A DNA stretch of 64,000 bases from Eledone cirrhosa (Eukaryota): assembly GCA_964016885.1 (NCBI GenBank), contig OZ024742.1, positions 135,842,001 through 135,906,000 of the forward strand, read 5' to 3'. Under the pieces are notes generated by a model that saw only the letters and a list, made by a program, of their open reading frames with translations, had not been told where the DNA came from and searched no databases. Numbering within the stretch: the first letter of the stretch is position 1; each line of letters opens with the position of its first letter. A program made the position numbers and the translations under genes. Of this stretch, positions 28,131-42,270 are shown one piece after another.

Positions 28131-31100
28131 GTTCGTTGAGTCTCAGTCATTGATGTTACTTAACTGGAAAGTTTGTTGAAATGAATATCAAGCCACTACC
28201 TGCAGCCTCAGATATTCAGGATGTATCGGAGGGTTCTTGCTGTTCCCATCAAGAATGCCTTTTGAAGCGTTCCTAAAACGTGGCGGGGCCAATTTTCTTT
28301 AACCATCCCTGGGAACTTATTGAGATAGTACCTAATGTGCCTATGACAATCGGGACCACTTTGACTTCATGGCAGTTCCAAATCCTTTTTACCTCCCACT
28401 TTAAGTCCTGGTATCGGTTAATTTTCTGCCTCTCCTTCTCTTGCACTCTCGTGTCGAATGGGCAGGCCACATCCACAATCAGGCACGATCTTTTTTCTTT
28501 GTCCAAAACCACCAGGTCAGGTCTATTGTGTTCCAGTTTCTTGTCCGTCTGTATCCTAAAATCCCACAGCACCTTCACCTGATCGTTTTCTATCACCGCC
28601 TCTGGCTTATGCTCATACCACTTCTCAGAATGTGGTAAATTGTTTACTTAGCATAGGTGCCAGGGGATCACCCTGCCCATCACATTATGTCTCCAGCCCT
28701 TATAGTGAGTCTGGGCTAGGTGTTTACACTCGGATACAATGTGAGCCACAGTCTCCTCTCTTTCTCCACAGATCCTGCACAGTGGGCTAGACTCCTCCTT
28801 GTAAATATGGTGTTTCAACCACTTCGTTTTGATGGCCTGCTCTTGCGCAGCCATTAGCATTCCTTCTGTAGCCTTTTTAAGTTCTCCTCTTTTCAACCAG
28901 TTCCATGTCTGTGGATCTCTGAATTCAGTTTTCTCAAAGAAGGTACTATGAAGGGATTTTCCATGAAGGCTGCTCTTTCTCCTTGATGTTATTTGCTCCT
29001 TGGACATCCCCTGGTCTATTGTCCTCTCCTTCAGTACAGTTCTGAGCATTGGCTCTTTACTATCAGTCTCGTATTTGTGTAGGTTGTTTTTCTCCATCTG
29101 AACACAGTCCTCTATGCTAATAAGACCTCTTCCACCTTCAGATGTCCTTAACTAGAGTCTATCGACATCACTCCTTTTGTGGAACATGTTGTAGATAGTC
29201 AATAGCTTCATAGTCTTCCTATCCATTTCTTTTTGTTCAGCAACATTTCATCTAAGAATTCCCGCACTGTACCTAATAATAGACACAGCTCGGGAATTTA
29301 CTGCACTTATGGCATTCCTACTGTTCAGATCTGACTTTAATACGCTCCTTACTCTCCGAATGTATTCAGATCTTATGAATTCATTCATTTTTTGTTCTTG
29401 ATGTCTTCAGCCTCCAGAACACCCAAATACTTGTATCCTTCTTCAGTGTCAATTTCCTTTATCATCTCACCTGTTTGTACCTGTATTCCGTTGCTTCTGC
29501 TCAATTTACCCCTCTTTATCACAAGGACTCCACACTTACTAATACCAAATTGCATACATATATCATTGGTGAAAATACGGACAGTGTCAACAAGCACATC
29601 CAACTCTTTCTCACTGTTCCCGAAGAGCTTAAGATCGTCCATGAAGAGGAGGTGATTGATGGTAAGCTCTCCCTTTCCCAACTTGTATCCTGCTCTCACC
29701 TTTCGCAGTATACTGGTCAGGGGCATCAGGGCAAGGACAAACAACAGAGGGGACAGACTATCTCCCTGGAAGATACCTCTCTTGATCTTCACGCCTCCCA
29801 AGGATTCTCCAGCTGATGTTTTCCAGGACTTCATACTTTTGCCCAACAACTGTCTGATGTCATCTGCCACCTTGAAGATCTTCTAGGCTTTTGGTGATCC
29901 AAGATTGAGGCACCATGTCAAATGATTTTTGTAGTCTATCCATCCCAGGGCAAGACCAGTGTGTCTCCTCTTGCAATTCCTCATTACCATCTTATCAATA
30001 AGCAACTGGTCCTTTGTACCACGGGACTTCTTTCGGCATCTTTTCTGTTCGTCCGGTAACAAGTTGTTTGTGTGGAGATGATGGTAGATTTCCTCAGATA
30101 TAATGCTTGTCAACAGTCTCCACATTACGGACAGATATATGATAGGGCTATAGTTGGTAACATCATTACCCTTGATTCGGTCTTTCATTACCAGAACTGT
30201 GGTACCTTTTGTCAACACTCTGGTACCTCACCTGACATCAAGCAGTCATTGAACATGGTTGTCAGTTTCGGGTGGAGGGATGTTATATTTTTAATCCAAT
30301 ACACCATCTGGGCCTGGTGATTTCCAGTTGGTTAGTTTTTTGGCCTGCTCCTTAATTAAGAGTTTCAACTGTGATACTCAAATCAGTTTGTTGGTGTGCC
30401 TGTTCACTAATCTCCTTTTGTACTGTCTCAATCCACACTGTCTGGTCATTATATTTAACATCCTGCTCCCATATTCCTCTCCAGAATGTCTTAGTTTGTT
30501 CCGCCTCAGGGATCAAGTCGCTGCCTCTTTCTTTCCCTTCAAGCTGTCCAAACAGCATCTTCTGGTTGTTGTAAAACATGCGGTTCTATGTATACTGACT
30601 GACTCCGCTCTCGTATCGCCTAATTTTTGCACTCTTTACTACAATGCGTTGCTTCAGTTCCTCTATGATAATATTTAGCTTTTTCCTCCTAGTTTTGTAC
30701 TTTATTTCCAGTCTATTTTTAGTGTCTATGTTTTTTAGTGTCCCATTCAGTAGGGACACAAGCTTTCCAATGTCATTTCTCATGTCCCTGATTTGACCAT
30801 TCAGTCGTTTCTTCCACCAAGGTTCTGATCTTTCTTGTTTGTTGTTTCCTCTCGCTTTTATGCCAAGTAATTTCCTCACCGCCTTTGCTGTTGCTTTGAG
30901 GATATTGTTGCACTGGTGAAGGCTCCTCGTCTCAAGATATGGGATGACTTTGTTTACCTTAGCTGTTGTTTCTTTTAACTTTTTCCTGTCGACAAATCTT
31001 AGGTTCATAGGTTTCCCACTATCATTATTCAATTCATCTACCACTAAGTTTAGGATATCAACCAAATCTTGTCCTAGCCCGTCAGCATTTATCTCCTCAA

Positions 31101-31715
31101 TAGCCGTATCTCTGTTCCAGGTAATATTTATTTCAGCATTCAGATCATCGTCTGCTTCGGATGGTTTCTCCGTTCTCACAACCTCTTCACCTTCATTTCC
31201 CACTGGCTCGTTTGCCTGGCATACTGCACCATTTCCAACCTAATCTCTCTGCTCAGTTCCTCCAGTTCCAGCTCGCTTATCCACCAATTAGTTCTCATTA
31301 CTCGAGCCTGCCCGGCCAATTTTTGTTCATCTAATTTAAATAGACCAATCTCGTTCCAGATGTTATGCATCCGTTTCCTATAACCTTTTAACTTGGGGTT
31401 ACTCTTCAGGTAACATTGCATAACAGCTCTATTCAATTCTTTCGTCCAGTTGGTTCTGGTTCCTTTTCTTCTTCTTCTTCCTCCGACACCAGCAGTATTT
31501 GGTTGACAGCCAGGTCCCAGCTGCTGAGCCAGGGAGCACCTGCTGGGTGAGAGTCTATCACATGACATTCCAGTCTCCACTTCACCGTTATTAGAACTGT
31601 TTAGGTTCGACATTTAAACACTCTTATCGAGGATTGGTGAATGTATGGTTACATAACCACCGGTGATTTCATCACCCCCGGTGATTTTAGTGTGGCACTA
31701 TCACTCTGTAGACGA
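28131..31715 (-). mobile_element. R4/Dong-like element, (TAA)n family, near-full-length pseudogenised copy B
   Basis: Reverse-complement paralog of 21590-24179 extended by an N-terminus (WTKELNRAVMQCY..GYRKRMHNIW..EQKLAGQAR; PWWKKRL); ORF start 31613; 5' boundary approximate. Confidence 0.9.
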
Positions 31716-32532
31716 ACATAAATAAACAAACAAATAGGTAAAAAAAAACAAAAAAGAATAAGCATAAGTTTCATTGTAATGTAATGTTTGAATGTCTGAC
31801 TTAGTTTTTTTTTTCCTTCTCTGTCTGTCTGTTTGTTTTTCTTTTCATTTTTCTTTTCTTTACGTTTTTCGTTGTTGCTGTGCTGTTTTGATTTTTGGTT
31901 TTTTGATTTTTTGACCGGGTCATCAAATCAGTCTATTTATATCTTTTGATACCTTCCTCTTTCAGTGGGGACACTACGATGCATGTCTTAGCAGGAGGTA
32001 GTGGGAGAGAATAGCGGCGGTAGTGATAATGGGGCAGTGGTGGTGCTGTGCTAGTAGTACTTAGCAGGAGGTAGTGTGAGAGAATAGCGGCGGTAGTGAT
32101 AAGAGGCAGTGGTGGTGGTGATGTGATCGTAGTACTGTAGTGATGGTGTTGAAGTTGAAGTAGAAATAGAAGTTGAGGTAACTTGACTAGAGTTTTTGGC
32201 GTGGTAGTGGTGATGGTGGCGGTGGTGGTGTTGGTGGTGAAATTATTTGCCTGTCTGATCACTTAGCCATTTAGCTATTTAGCCATTTTGCCATTTTCCT
32301 CTATTTCGACTATAACATTTCTGATCCAAAATTAAATATTAAATATTGGGGCCTTATGCCGTAAAGTGATGCGTTATGGCTTGCTGAGCGTAAAAAACTG
32401 TAATCTTATACTTCATTTGTAATAAGAATTATTCTATCAGAGTTGTTTTAAATAAGTAAAAATCAAAAACTTATGGGAGCGATTCCATAACGATATATAT
32501 CCACCATGTGCGTTTTCTTCCCTTCCCTTCCC

Positions 32533-32585
<53 letters not shown>
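32533..32585. repeat. (TTA)n microsatellite
   Basis: Directly visible. Confidence 0.95.
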
Positions 32586-35500
32586 GGCGACCTACGTTGG
32601 TAATCGTATCATCATGAACTCCGCAAAGGTTTGTTGTTTTCGTTGATTTAAAATTGCCATTTATGGAATATTTTTGTTGTTAACTGTTTATAAAGTAACA
32701 AAATTTGCTTTCGGAAAAGGGCACTCAAAAAGATTGTGGCCTTGAGCCCAAAATTTAAACTTTTATAATTATCAAACAAAAAATTTCTTTGAAAAAATCA
32801 TGGACGACTCACAGCTACAGCAATCAGCTGAGAGCCTTCCTCACAAACTAACACCTCACACCAACACCACCATTGTAATTATTACTACGTTTGCCAACAC
32901 TAAAAATATAAGCAGTAGCAATAATTTAAATTTGTCTCATGCAGACATTCATTTCCCGCCATTACCAATGACTGCAGGTGTTTAAGCAGCCACTCCCACC
33001 ACCACCACAGCGACAATAGAAACAAAAGAAAAAAATAAATTATCTCGTGACATCTAAATGGATTCACCCAGAATGGAATCTTCCACACAGAACACCACTG
33101 ACGCCACCACCACCACCACCACCACCACAACTGAAACTAAAAATAACAATATCAAAAGTAACAATAACAACAACAGCAACAACAACAATGAGAATAACAA
33201 CATCGTGTCATTTGCCAAAGCAGCTAAAAATTTCGAAACAATCAAGGTAACTCAGGAGGAACTAGATGAAGCCAAGAGAATGGTAAAGAAAGATGGGTAG
33301 AGGTTCAGCCTCATCCCCCACCAAATAAAATGGAGCATCGGCGCCTATGCACCGTGTCTTATCGGACGATTAACATAAAATCGTGCCGAGTGGAATTGGC
33401 ATCCGATTCCAAAATCCAAAAAGCTATGGGACATGTGTGGGCCAAAAAAAACCACATCAGACGGTGGCAGAAATATGGAACCGTGGACGTCTTCTTTGAA
33501 ACACCACAAGAGGCCAGAGACCACTCCATTGCCCCATTAAGAAGCGACGACTTCACACTCGTCCCAAGCTATTGTGGCCAGAGACTCGTAAAGATCAGGG
33601 TGACCCACGTTCAACCGGCCATCGAAATTCCCTGGCTAATGGTTCTCGTCCTCGCCGGCATCGAGGCCAACACCAAAATAATAGAAATAGCAAAAGAAAA
33701 ATAGGAGAACTGGTCCGGATCTGGGATGGAAGTGTGTCGTTTGTGGTGAAGGAACCCACCTAAGGGCTTTCTGCCCTCAGGCTAAAAGGTTGAGGCCACC
33801 TCTCTTAGCCACCCCAGTGACTTAACCATCAACACCACCAGCAGTAGAAATGGCAGCAACAGAAGCAACTGTAACAGCAACAACTCCAGCAACAGTAGCA
33901 AAACCAACACCACCACCACCCAACGCGCCAGAACTATCACCAGCGCCTACATGATCCACCACGCCACAACCAAAACCAACGCCTGTGGAGGATTTTCCAC
34001 TCCCCGACCTATCGCAACTGGAGACAGATTGTGATGACAAGGAGTGGGGAACGGTATCAGGAAAAAAGAAAAAAAGAAAAAAAGAAAAAGAAACCAAAAA
34101 GGAAAAAATCCCCTTCCTACCCCCTCCAAAAACAAAATACAGAGGGAAACAAATAAACTATCAAACGAAAAATATAGGACAGCTATCTCACCATCCACAC
34201 CAGCATCCCCAACCCTATCACAACAAACACCAACACGATCACCATCATTAACCCCAACAACACCATCACCAACACCACAAAAGTCACCAAAAAGCGAAAC
34301 AGAAACAAACCCACAACAAGCTCAAACAAAACAAAACAATACACACTACACACTACACAGCATTAAATTTGGACAACAACCAACTATTACACTACATCCA
34401 ACACAACACCAGCATCACAGAAAATGACTACACAACACACCAAAAGTTCACACCATCTCCAAAGACATCGGAAACTTCCGACAAGCACTCTCCAGGAGGA
34501 TTTATAAGGATATCCTTCCGGAGGAGGCCAAAAGCAGTGAAAAGGATGGAGAAAACATCCTTCCTCTACGAGAAGTAAGGTAAGTGGTCTTTCCCATCTT
34601 TTCCACTCCATTTCAACATGACCTCACTCAGAATAGGCAGCATAAATGTGCGTGGCTTGGGGTCGATATGGAAGCAGGGCCACCTGCTCAACGACCTCAG
34701 GTCACTAAACATAGATGTAGTGGCCATCAGCGAAACCAGAATCTCCGAAGCACGGGCCTTCGCACCGATCTTCGGCGGCTACGATGTGTACGCATCTCGC
34801 AGCCGTCCGGGATCGGGGCGAGGAGTTGTTATGCTTTTTCGGAGAGGTTTGGATCTCGCCATACGGGCCATCTTCCTGGACCCAGAAGGTAAGTTGGTGG
34901 TGCTGGACGTGACCAGCGGAGACGGGCAATCTTTCAGGCTTGTGGCCGTCTATGCCCCGACAGGAGCAGGGCGGCCTGATTTCTTCCGGCGTCTGGAGAC
35001 CTTTCTTGGAACGTCCCGCTCTTTAGTGTTAGTGGGCGACTGGAACAGGATCTTAGATGCACGCTGTGACTGTGTGGGATTAGCGGATAGGGGAGGAGCG
35101 TGCAAGAGCCTCACCAACCTGCTCAGGCGTTTTGAACTGTCTGACAGGTACCGATTGGATTTCCCGAATGTGCCAATGTGGACTTGGACAAATCGCATAG
35201 GGTCATCCAGATCATATCTAGATAGAGTATTTTATATGGAAATAGATATGTCTAGCATAGGCACAATTCAAGATAGTTAGCTACACGGAGCACAAATTCA
35301 TGATATGTGTGATTGACTTAGATAGGCTTAATAGACGAGGACCCGGCTACTGGAAGCTAAACGCGTCCTTACCAGCGCGCAAGGCCTACAGAGACAGGAT
35401 TAGCGAACTAGTTAAGCGGGCGTTGACGGGGTCCATCGTGAACAACAAGTGGTGGTTTGCTCTGAAAAGAGCGATTAGAATAGAGTCCATCAGGTTTAGT

Positions 35501-36172
35501 AAGGCATTAGCAATAGAGAAAAATAGAGCAGAGGGAGAACTAGTTAGAAAATTAGACGAGGCGCTTAGCAAAGTCATCGCGACCAACTTACTTGCGGCGA
35601 AATTGACCCTTGACCAATTCTTCAATGCAAAGCACGTTGTCAGAGCTAGGGTGCGTGCTCTCAGACACGAGGGGGCGAAAGCCGTTCACTGGGCCCGAGT
35701 GGCGGAGGCGCGTCGTGGCAACAAAGCCACGATCCGGTCTTTGGTGGACCACGACGGGCGCATGCTACTCGATCCCGAGAAAATGTTTGAAGCTTTTCAG
35801 CGACACTTTGCTCAGCTGTTCGGGGGCTGCGGCGGGCCGAATAGAGGGATGGACTTTAGTGTCTACCTCGACGGACTCCCGCGGCTCTCGGCCACTGAGG
35901 CGGAGTATTGCGAAAAGCCGATAACAGCCGCTGAAATACGGGAGGCAATGACTGGCTGCACAATGGGTAAATCGCCTGGTTTGGATGGTCTGCCCTATGA
36001 ACTTTACGTACAGATGCCAGACTTTTTCGGAGGCCTCTTGGCGGACGTCTACTGCAACTGGCAACAGAACGGGAGAATTTCCAGCTCTGTGAGCCGAGGA
36101 GCTGTGGCGCTGCTGAGAAAGGATCCGAACAAGGGGGATAACATATAATTTCAGGTCCATAACTCTGCTAAA
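32586..36172 (+). mobile_element. Tx1/L1-like element copy D: 5' UTR, ORF1, APE endonuclease and start of RT; 3'-truncated
   Basis: ORF1 33058-34578 paralogous to 19900-21128; ORF2 34618: SINVRGL..ISET..VYAP..GDWN..WTW..SYLDR, GYWKLN, KSPGLDGLPYELY. Confidence 0.92.
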
Positions 36173-36219
36173 CATTTTCACTATAGCCACTAAACTGGGA
36201 AAGCTGTCTGCACTTCCTG

Positions 36220-36500
36220 TCCAAAAGATCTTCATGATAGAGTCGGGAGATTGTCGGATCACCCTATACATAACACTAGCTGTTCGACAAAACCCCACTA
36301 GTCAGCAATGTTCCAACGATGGATGAGTGCGTGCAGAATGGCATCATCACTCTTCGTGTATCTTGGACTGGTCAGTCTGAAAGCACTTCCCTATATCTAG
36401 AGTTTGTCTTGAACGGGAGTGCTTCCCCGTACAACTGCCTGACCAGGAATTTCTGGAAATATTACATAGTCGCAGGGCCAGAATCCGGTACAGACTGGAT
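36220..36500 (-). mobile_element. Old Tx1-like 3' fragment, inverted against copy D
   Basis: TAGCTGTTCGACA..AGTCAG..AGTGCGTGCAGAA..GTCTGA.AGCACTTCC aligns with 18040-18290. Confidence 0.6.
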
Positions 36501-36915
36501 AGTTTATTCTAGTTGGATACCTAGCACATTATTAATGCTAGGCCAGTTTGTATCAGTTGGTTAAATAGGTTCACACGGCATATTATATATGTAGTTGCTG
36601 GTGCATTGTTCGTCATTACAACCGTGTGATGAAGAAAAGAGTGTATTCACGAAATATAGAGACTATTGACTAATGGTTCCCCTCAAATACAAATGCATCT
36701 GAGGGACTTTGTGCGGACAAATGTCTCATTGAAATCAATAGGAAGCCAATTAAAAACGTGCAGGATAAATTGAAAGCAAATTGGAAGCCTTCTCACAAGG
36801 GGTAAAGATAAATAAGAATGAATACAATTAATTAATAGGAAGTCTGGGAGATTTTGAGAGCCACCGAGGTTTTAATAAAGCAATTTTAAATGGAGTTGAC
36901 TATGCTGTAAAATAA

Positions 36916-37093
36916 TTGTTTCTACTTTTGACACAAGACCAGCAATTATCCAGTGCATTACTGGTACTTTTTTCTATCGACCCCGTATGGATGAAAGGCA
37001 AAATTAATCGCGGCAGTATTTGAACTCAGAACGTAAAGGATCATAAATCCATGCTGCAAAACATTGTCTGACGTTCCACCGATACTGCCAATG
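36916..37093 (-). mobile_element. SINE family A
   Basis: Family motifs, diverged. Confidence 0.8.
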
Positions 37094-37409
37094 TAAGGGA
37101 TAAAACATTTCATTGTATTTGGTTAAATCAATTTTCCATGCAGGCTTCTTCATTTCTAGTTATTTGCCGAAGTTTAAAACAGGTACCCGATTTCTTTTTA
37201 AATAACCGTTACAAATTTCAACTGGCATCATGAAAGATTTTGTAGTGAATTCAGTGACATATGTGCGTGTGTTCTGGTATAAATAGATAGATAGATAGAT
37301 ATATTTCTTTATTAGCCACAGGGGCACAAAAGAAGGGGACAAATACAAAGGGGGAAGTTTACATACAATAAAAACGTGTAAAATGTTATCACAGATGGAA
37401 TTTAAAAGT

Positions 37410-37447
<38 letters not shown>

Positions 37448-37487
37448 TAGAGAGGGTGGGTATACACACATATGCGTACATATATAC

Positions 37488-37564
<77 letters not shown>

Positions 37565-38148
37565 TGTATGCATATGCCTGCATGCGTTGGAAGGAGTGAG
37601 TGAATCATCTGTGGGATGCGTGCTTCTGTTTGTTTCTATGTAAGCATGGTTGTGTATGGACTTGAGATTACTTCTGAATGATTTATAACTATAATATCAT
37701 ATAAGACAATATGATAATATACGCCAAAGAAAGAAGATATTCGCATATACATTTCGAGAAAGAGAAAAAAAAGAAAACATGTCCAGTAAGACTAAATACG
37801 CAATAGAACCTTATAAAGTGGACTTTTGAAACTACGATACGCAAGCAATCAGGATTTCAAACAGATTGCCAGTTCAACATATTATTTGTCTGACATCCAG
37901 CCATGACAATAAATATATATCAGGCTGTAATGGGATACACAGTATACAGATAATTGGTCATTTTGTATCGAGAAAGGATGGCTATTCATATGTAATATAT
38001 ATACATATATATATACACACATATATATATATATATGTATATGTGTTTGGGTGTGTGTGTATATATATATATATATGTATATGTGTGTGTGCGTTTGTGT
38101 GTGTGTGTATATATATATATATATTATATATACTTATACATATATATT

Positions 38149-38191
<43 letters not shown>

Positions 38192-38196
<5 letters not shown>

Positions 38197-38383
38197 AAAA
38201 AGTATGACCCCGACGGCAGAGCTCAAGCCGTTTCGACGGCTATTTCTGTCCAGAAATAGCTGTCGAAACGGCTTGAGCTCTGCCTTCGGCGTTATACTTT
38301 TTCCTATTTCCCACTCTACTACCCTAAGTATTGAGTACTCTGGTGCGTTATGGTCCATCTGGTTCCTTACCACAATTCCTTTG
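38192..38383 (+). repeat. Penelope-type terminal fragment with 5' foldback (inverted repeat 38192-38307) between (TA)n tracts
   Basis: 57-bp arms with 2-nt loop; contains hammerhead 3' half GAAACGGC..GCCGTC; homologous to 48024-48076 and 49427-49557. Confidence 0.7.
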
Positions 38384-38384
38384 T

Positions 38385-38417
<33 letters not shown>

Positions 38418-38484
38418 ATACATGTAAGTATGTCTGTATGTATTTATGTATGTGTGTGTATGTATGTATATATATACATATATA

Positions 38485-38560
<76 letters not shown>

Positions 38561-38810
38561 TATATACATATATATACATATATATATATGTATATACATA
38601 TATACATATATATTTATATATTGTATATGTATATATATATATGTATATTTATATGCATATATATATATACATATATATACATATATATATATACATATAT
38701 ATATACATATATATATATAAATATATATGTATGTATATATATATATATCTATTTGTATGTATGTATTTATGTATGTACGTATGTATTTATACAAATATAT
38801 ACACATGTAT
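38384..38810. repeat. (TA)n/(TACA)n simple repeat
   Basis: Directly visible. Confidence 0.9.
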
Positions 38811-39414
38811 GATGTGTGCGAAGTTATATGTGTTCAGGTGCATGTATTTATATATGATGCAACTACTTATAGACAAAAGCAGTGAAACGAAATTGGGTGT
38901 ATATATTTGAGTGTGTGTATGTGAATGAGTGTGTTTGTGTGAGCGTGTGTATGTGTGTGTGCGCACACGCGTGCGTGAGTGTAAATCCTTGTCTTCAATT
39001 ATATGTAATGATCATACTTGAGAAATATACTTACAAGTAAAAGTTTTGTCTTAGATTTGAACATGAAATCCAGACAATAAAGTTTCATTCAGTTCGTATA
39101 TAGGAAATAATGATAATGATGTATTTGCCACAAGGATGCATGTCTGGTTGCAATAGTTCATTTCCTATATAATGGTTTTTCCAACACTAAAACCGCATTA
39201 ATGATAATCAGTTTTTTACTTGAGTGTTCTATACATGAGCCACTAAGTAGGTGGGATTATCGTGTGATTTTACTACTGAATAGATGACTACATCGGGTGC
39301 TCTCTCTATAACAATTAAATAGTGGAATGTGAGACACATTTTCTACTGTTTTTTGCAGGCAACTAAACTAATCAAATCTAGACGACTAGTAATATTTAGA
39401 TACAAATATATTTG

Positions 39415-39505
<91 letters not shown>

Positions 39506-40519
39506 TCAGTCTACCGTGAAGATACTTAAAGGAGAGCATAGGTATAACGATATTGTCTAGCAAAGAATAGGGGTTAATACAAGATACTAACTATTATACA
39601 AAAATGATGAGGTAATAATAAGACTTATCTGAAAACAATAATGTTTACTCTAACTTGTTAAATAAGGCAGTTATTTTTTTTTATATCTCCGATGGCCCGG
39701 ATTTACGAAAGTATATTAAGTGGTTGATAAACTCTTTCGTGCTTATATATGCGCTTTTGCGTTTAGAGATATAATTGGTGTGGTTTATTTTCGACCGGTC
39801 TGAACGGCGACCGATAGAGTAGAATCTTTATATCTTTGCGACAGCGTAGCCAAAACTATAATTAAGGAGTGACATTCTCTAAGAAGAATGTGTATACCAA
39901 CAGATGTCCCCCTTTTGCTTCAAATAATTGCAATTCCCATTGAGAGTAAGATACGCAATTACCATTAACAAGTCCCAAGCTGAAACCCTGTAGGTTGTCG
40001 GTCTCCAGCTAGAAGAGGGCTGTTTGTTACATGGTCAATTGTATGTAGATTATTCCACACTAGGATTTTCTCACCAACTCTTCGTATATGCTCCAAAGAA
40101 AAACGTTAAAAGCGTTGTGTTTAGTGAAGTTCTCTATATGTTTTATCATTTTCATAGAATACATTTTTCTGTTATTTTCTTTATTACTTTCTGTATTTAG
40201 ATATTCTAATTAATTTTTTTAAAATTATTTTATGCAATATATAAATACCTTTTAACACTCTAACATGTATATAATCACAATTGCAGGTACTTTGATTTTC
40301 ACCCTCAGCTATGGCAGAGGGAGCAGTCTTGCGTGAAGGCAAACACCAACAATAGATGTCCAAAACCCGAGCTTTAGTTTGCGAAATTGTATGTATGTAT
40401 GTATGTATGTATGTAAGTATTTATGTATGTATATGAGTGTATTTAAATGTACATTTATGTATGTATATCCCTTTATGTATGTATGTATGTATATGTATGT
40501 ACATGTATGTATGTATGTA

Positions 40520-40905
40520 TTTGTCAAGGCATAATTCTAGGAGAAGGAAAACTCTGATATAACATCTGCAACCCTGATGGTATCCAATGATGTTGACTTG
40601 TTCTTTTTGGTAAATATCATCTTGGTTAAGAGAGTGGGACTGGCTTTGTGCAGTGCCTTTGCTCACTATAAAAGCTTCACGGCACAGGCATTGCTTTATA
40701 TCTGGAGATCTCTCTGCACTTGTCGTCACATGTACCATGGGCCCAGCACTATGTGTCAATAATTGTTACAAGTGTAGTGTTTGTACCAGAGTTTTCAAGT
40801 CGCTGGCTGGACTAAAAAGTCACACTCGTTCAGCGCATCGGTAGGGGTTCCCCCTACATGGATATAAAGTAGTGGCCGTACTCGAAAACGAGTTTGCAGC
40901 CACCA
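40520..40905 (+). mobile_element. Short non-autonomous RTE-like derivative, 5'-truncated copy
   Basis: Matches four other copies; ends with C2H2 remnant CSVCTRVFKSLAGLKSHTRSAHR* and terminal hairpin; embedded in (TATG)n. Confidence 0.7.
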
Positions 40906-42211
40906 TATGTGTGTATGCATGAATGTATGTATTATATGTATGGTCGATATTTCACTAAGACAAAAACACACATTTTATGTGGTAAAATGAAATATAAACC
41001 ATTTGACGAGTGTCTCCCTATACAATGAGTACATATTTTATTGAATATATTAAGAATTAAAGAGCAGATCGACACAAATCAAAATTGACGTGAACAAATT
41101 ATACAAAATAAGATATGCAGCCCGCTGTTCTAATGTTGGGCTAATCTCCAATAACCCTACACCCATGGGTAAAATATCTATGATGGAAACCTGAACAGGG
41201 CCAAGGTTGTTAGACAACAGAACAGAAATATTATTTTTGAATACACTAAATCGTCCCATGGTAATCATATTAGTCATAATAAGAGAACATTGAAAAATAT
41301 GAAGACTATTTAGAACTGGTGAGATATACATGAGCAAGCACACATACACACACACGCACACACATACATACACATACTCACACGCACACAAACATATATA
41401 TAAAGAGAGAGTGGGAGAGGGAGGAAGTGAAAGCATTGATATTTATTGGAAAATAAATTAGACATGAGTGACTCCTCACATATAATCATTAAAACATGCA
41501 TACAAGCACATACAACACAGATGTTTAATACATATATGTGGGGGAGGGGTATATATGCGTGCATGATTATGTGTACATATATATATATATGTGTGTATGT
41601 GTACATATATATATATATATTCATGTGAGTGTGATCACAAAAACACATATACACACAAAACTGGACATACGGACATGTATATTATCTAAAGTCTCAGTAT
41701 CAATACTTGTATTTCTCCATTTTCAATTACTACTAGTAACCCACCATACACTATAATCGTTACTACCAAAACCCTCCCCATCACCTCACTAATGCCACAC
41801 CAACGACAGAGCAGCAGTACCACAGAACCCACAACAACTATGATCTTACTAATACTACACAAAACACACACAAACACTATGTCACCACCACCCATCCCTT
41901 CTCAGTCTCATCAACCGACACTAGCACCACCACCACCACCGTCAGCAGAAAACACATGTATCATCAATGAGCATCCATCAAGTTCGGTCGAATCACATGA
42001 AATATAAGACAGCTATATTTTATATTTCCTGTGGTTTTCTTCCGAATTTTTACTTGGACATTTGCTTTTCGCATTTACTTTTAACAACTCTACTGGAAGG
42101 CAGTGAATTAGCAAAATATGTTTAGAGTGAGTGGAGAGATGTGAACGAGCGATAGGGTGATGGAGGTGATGGACAGGGCGTGTATGAGAAAGAGTGTGAG
42201 AGAAAGAGAGA

Positions 42212-42270
<59 letters not shown>

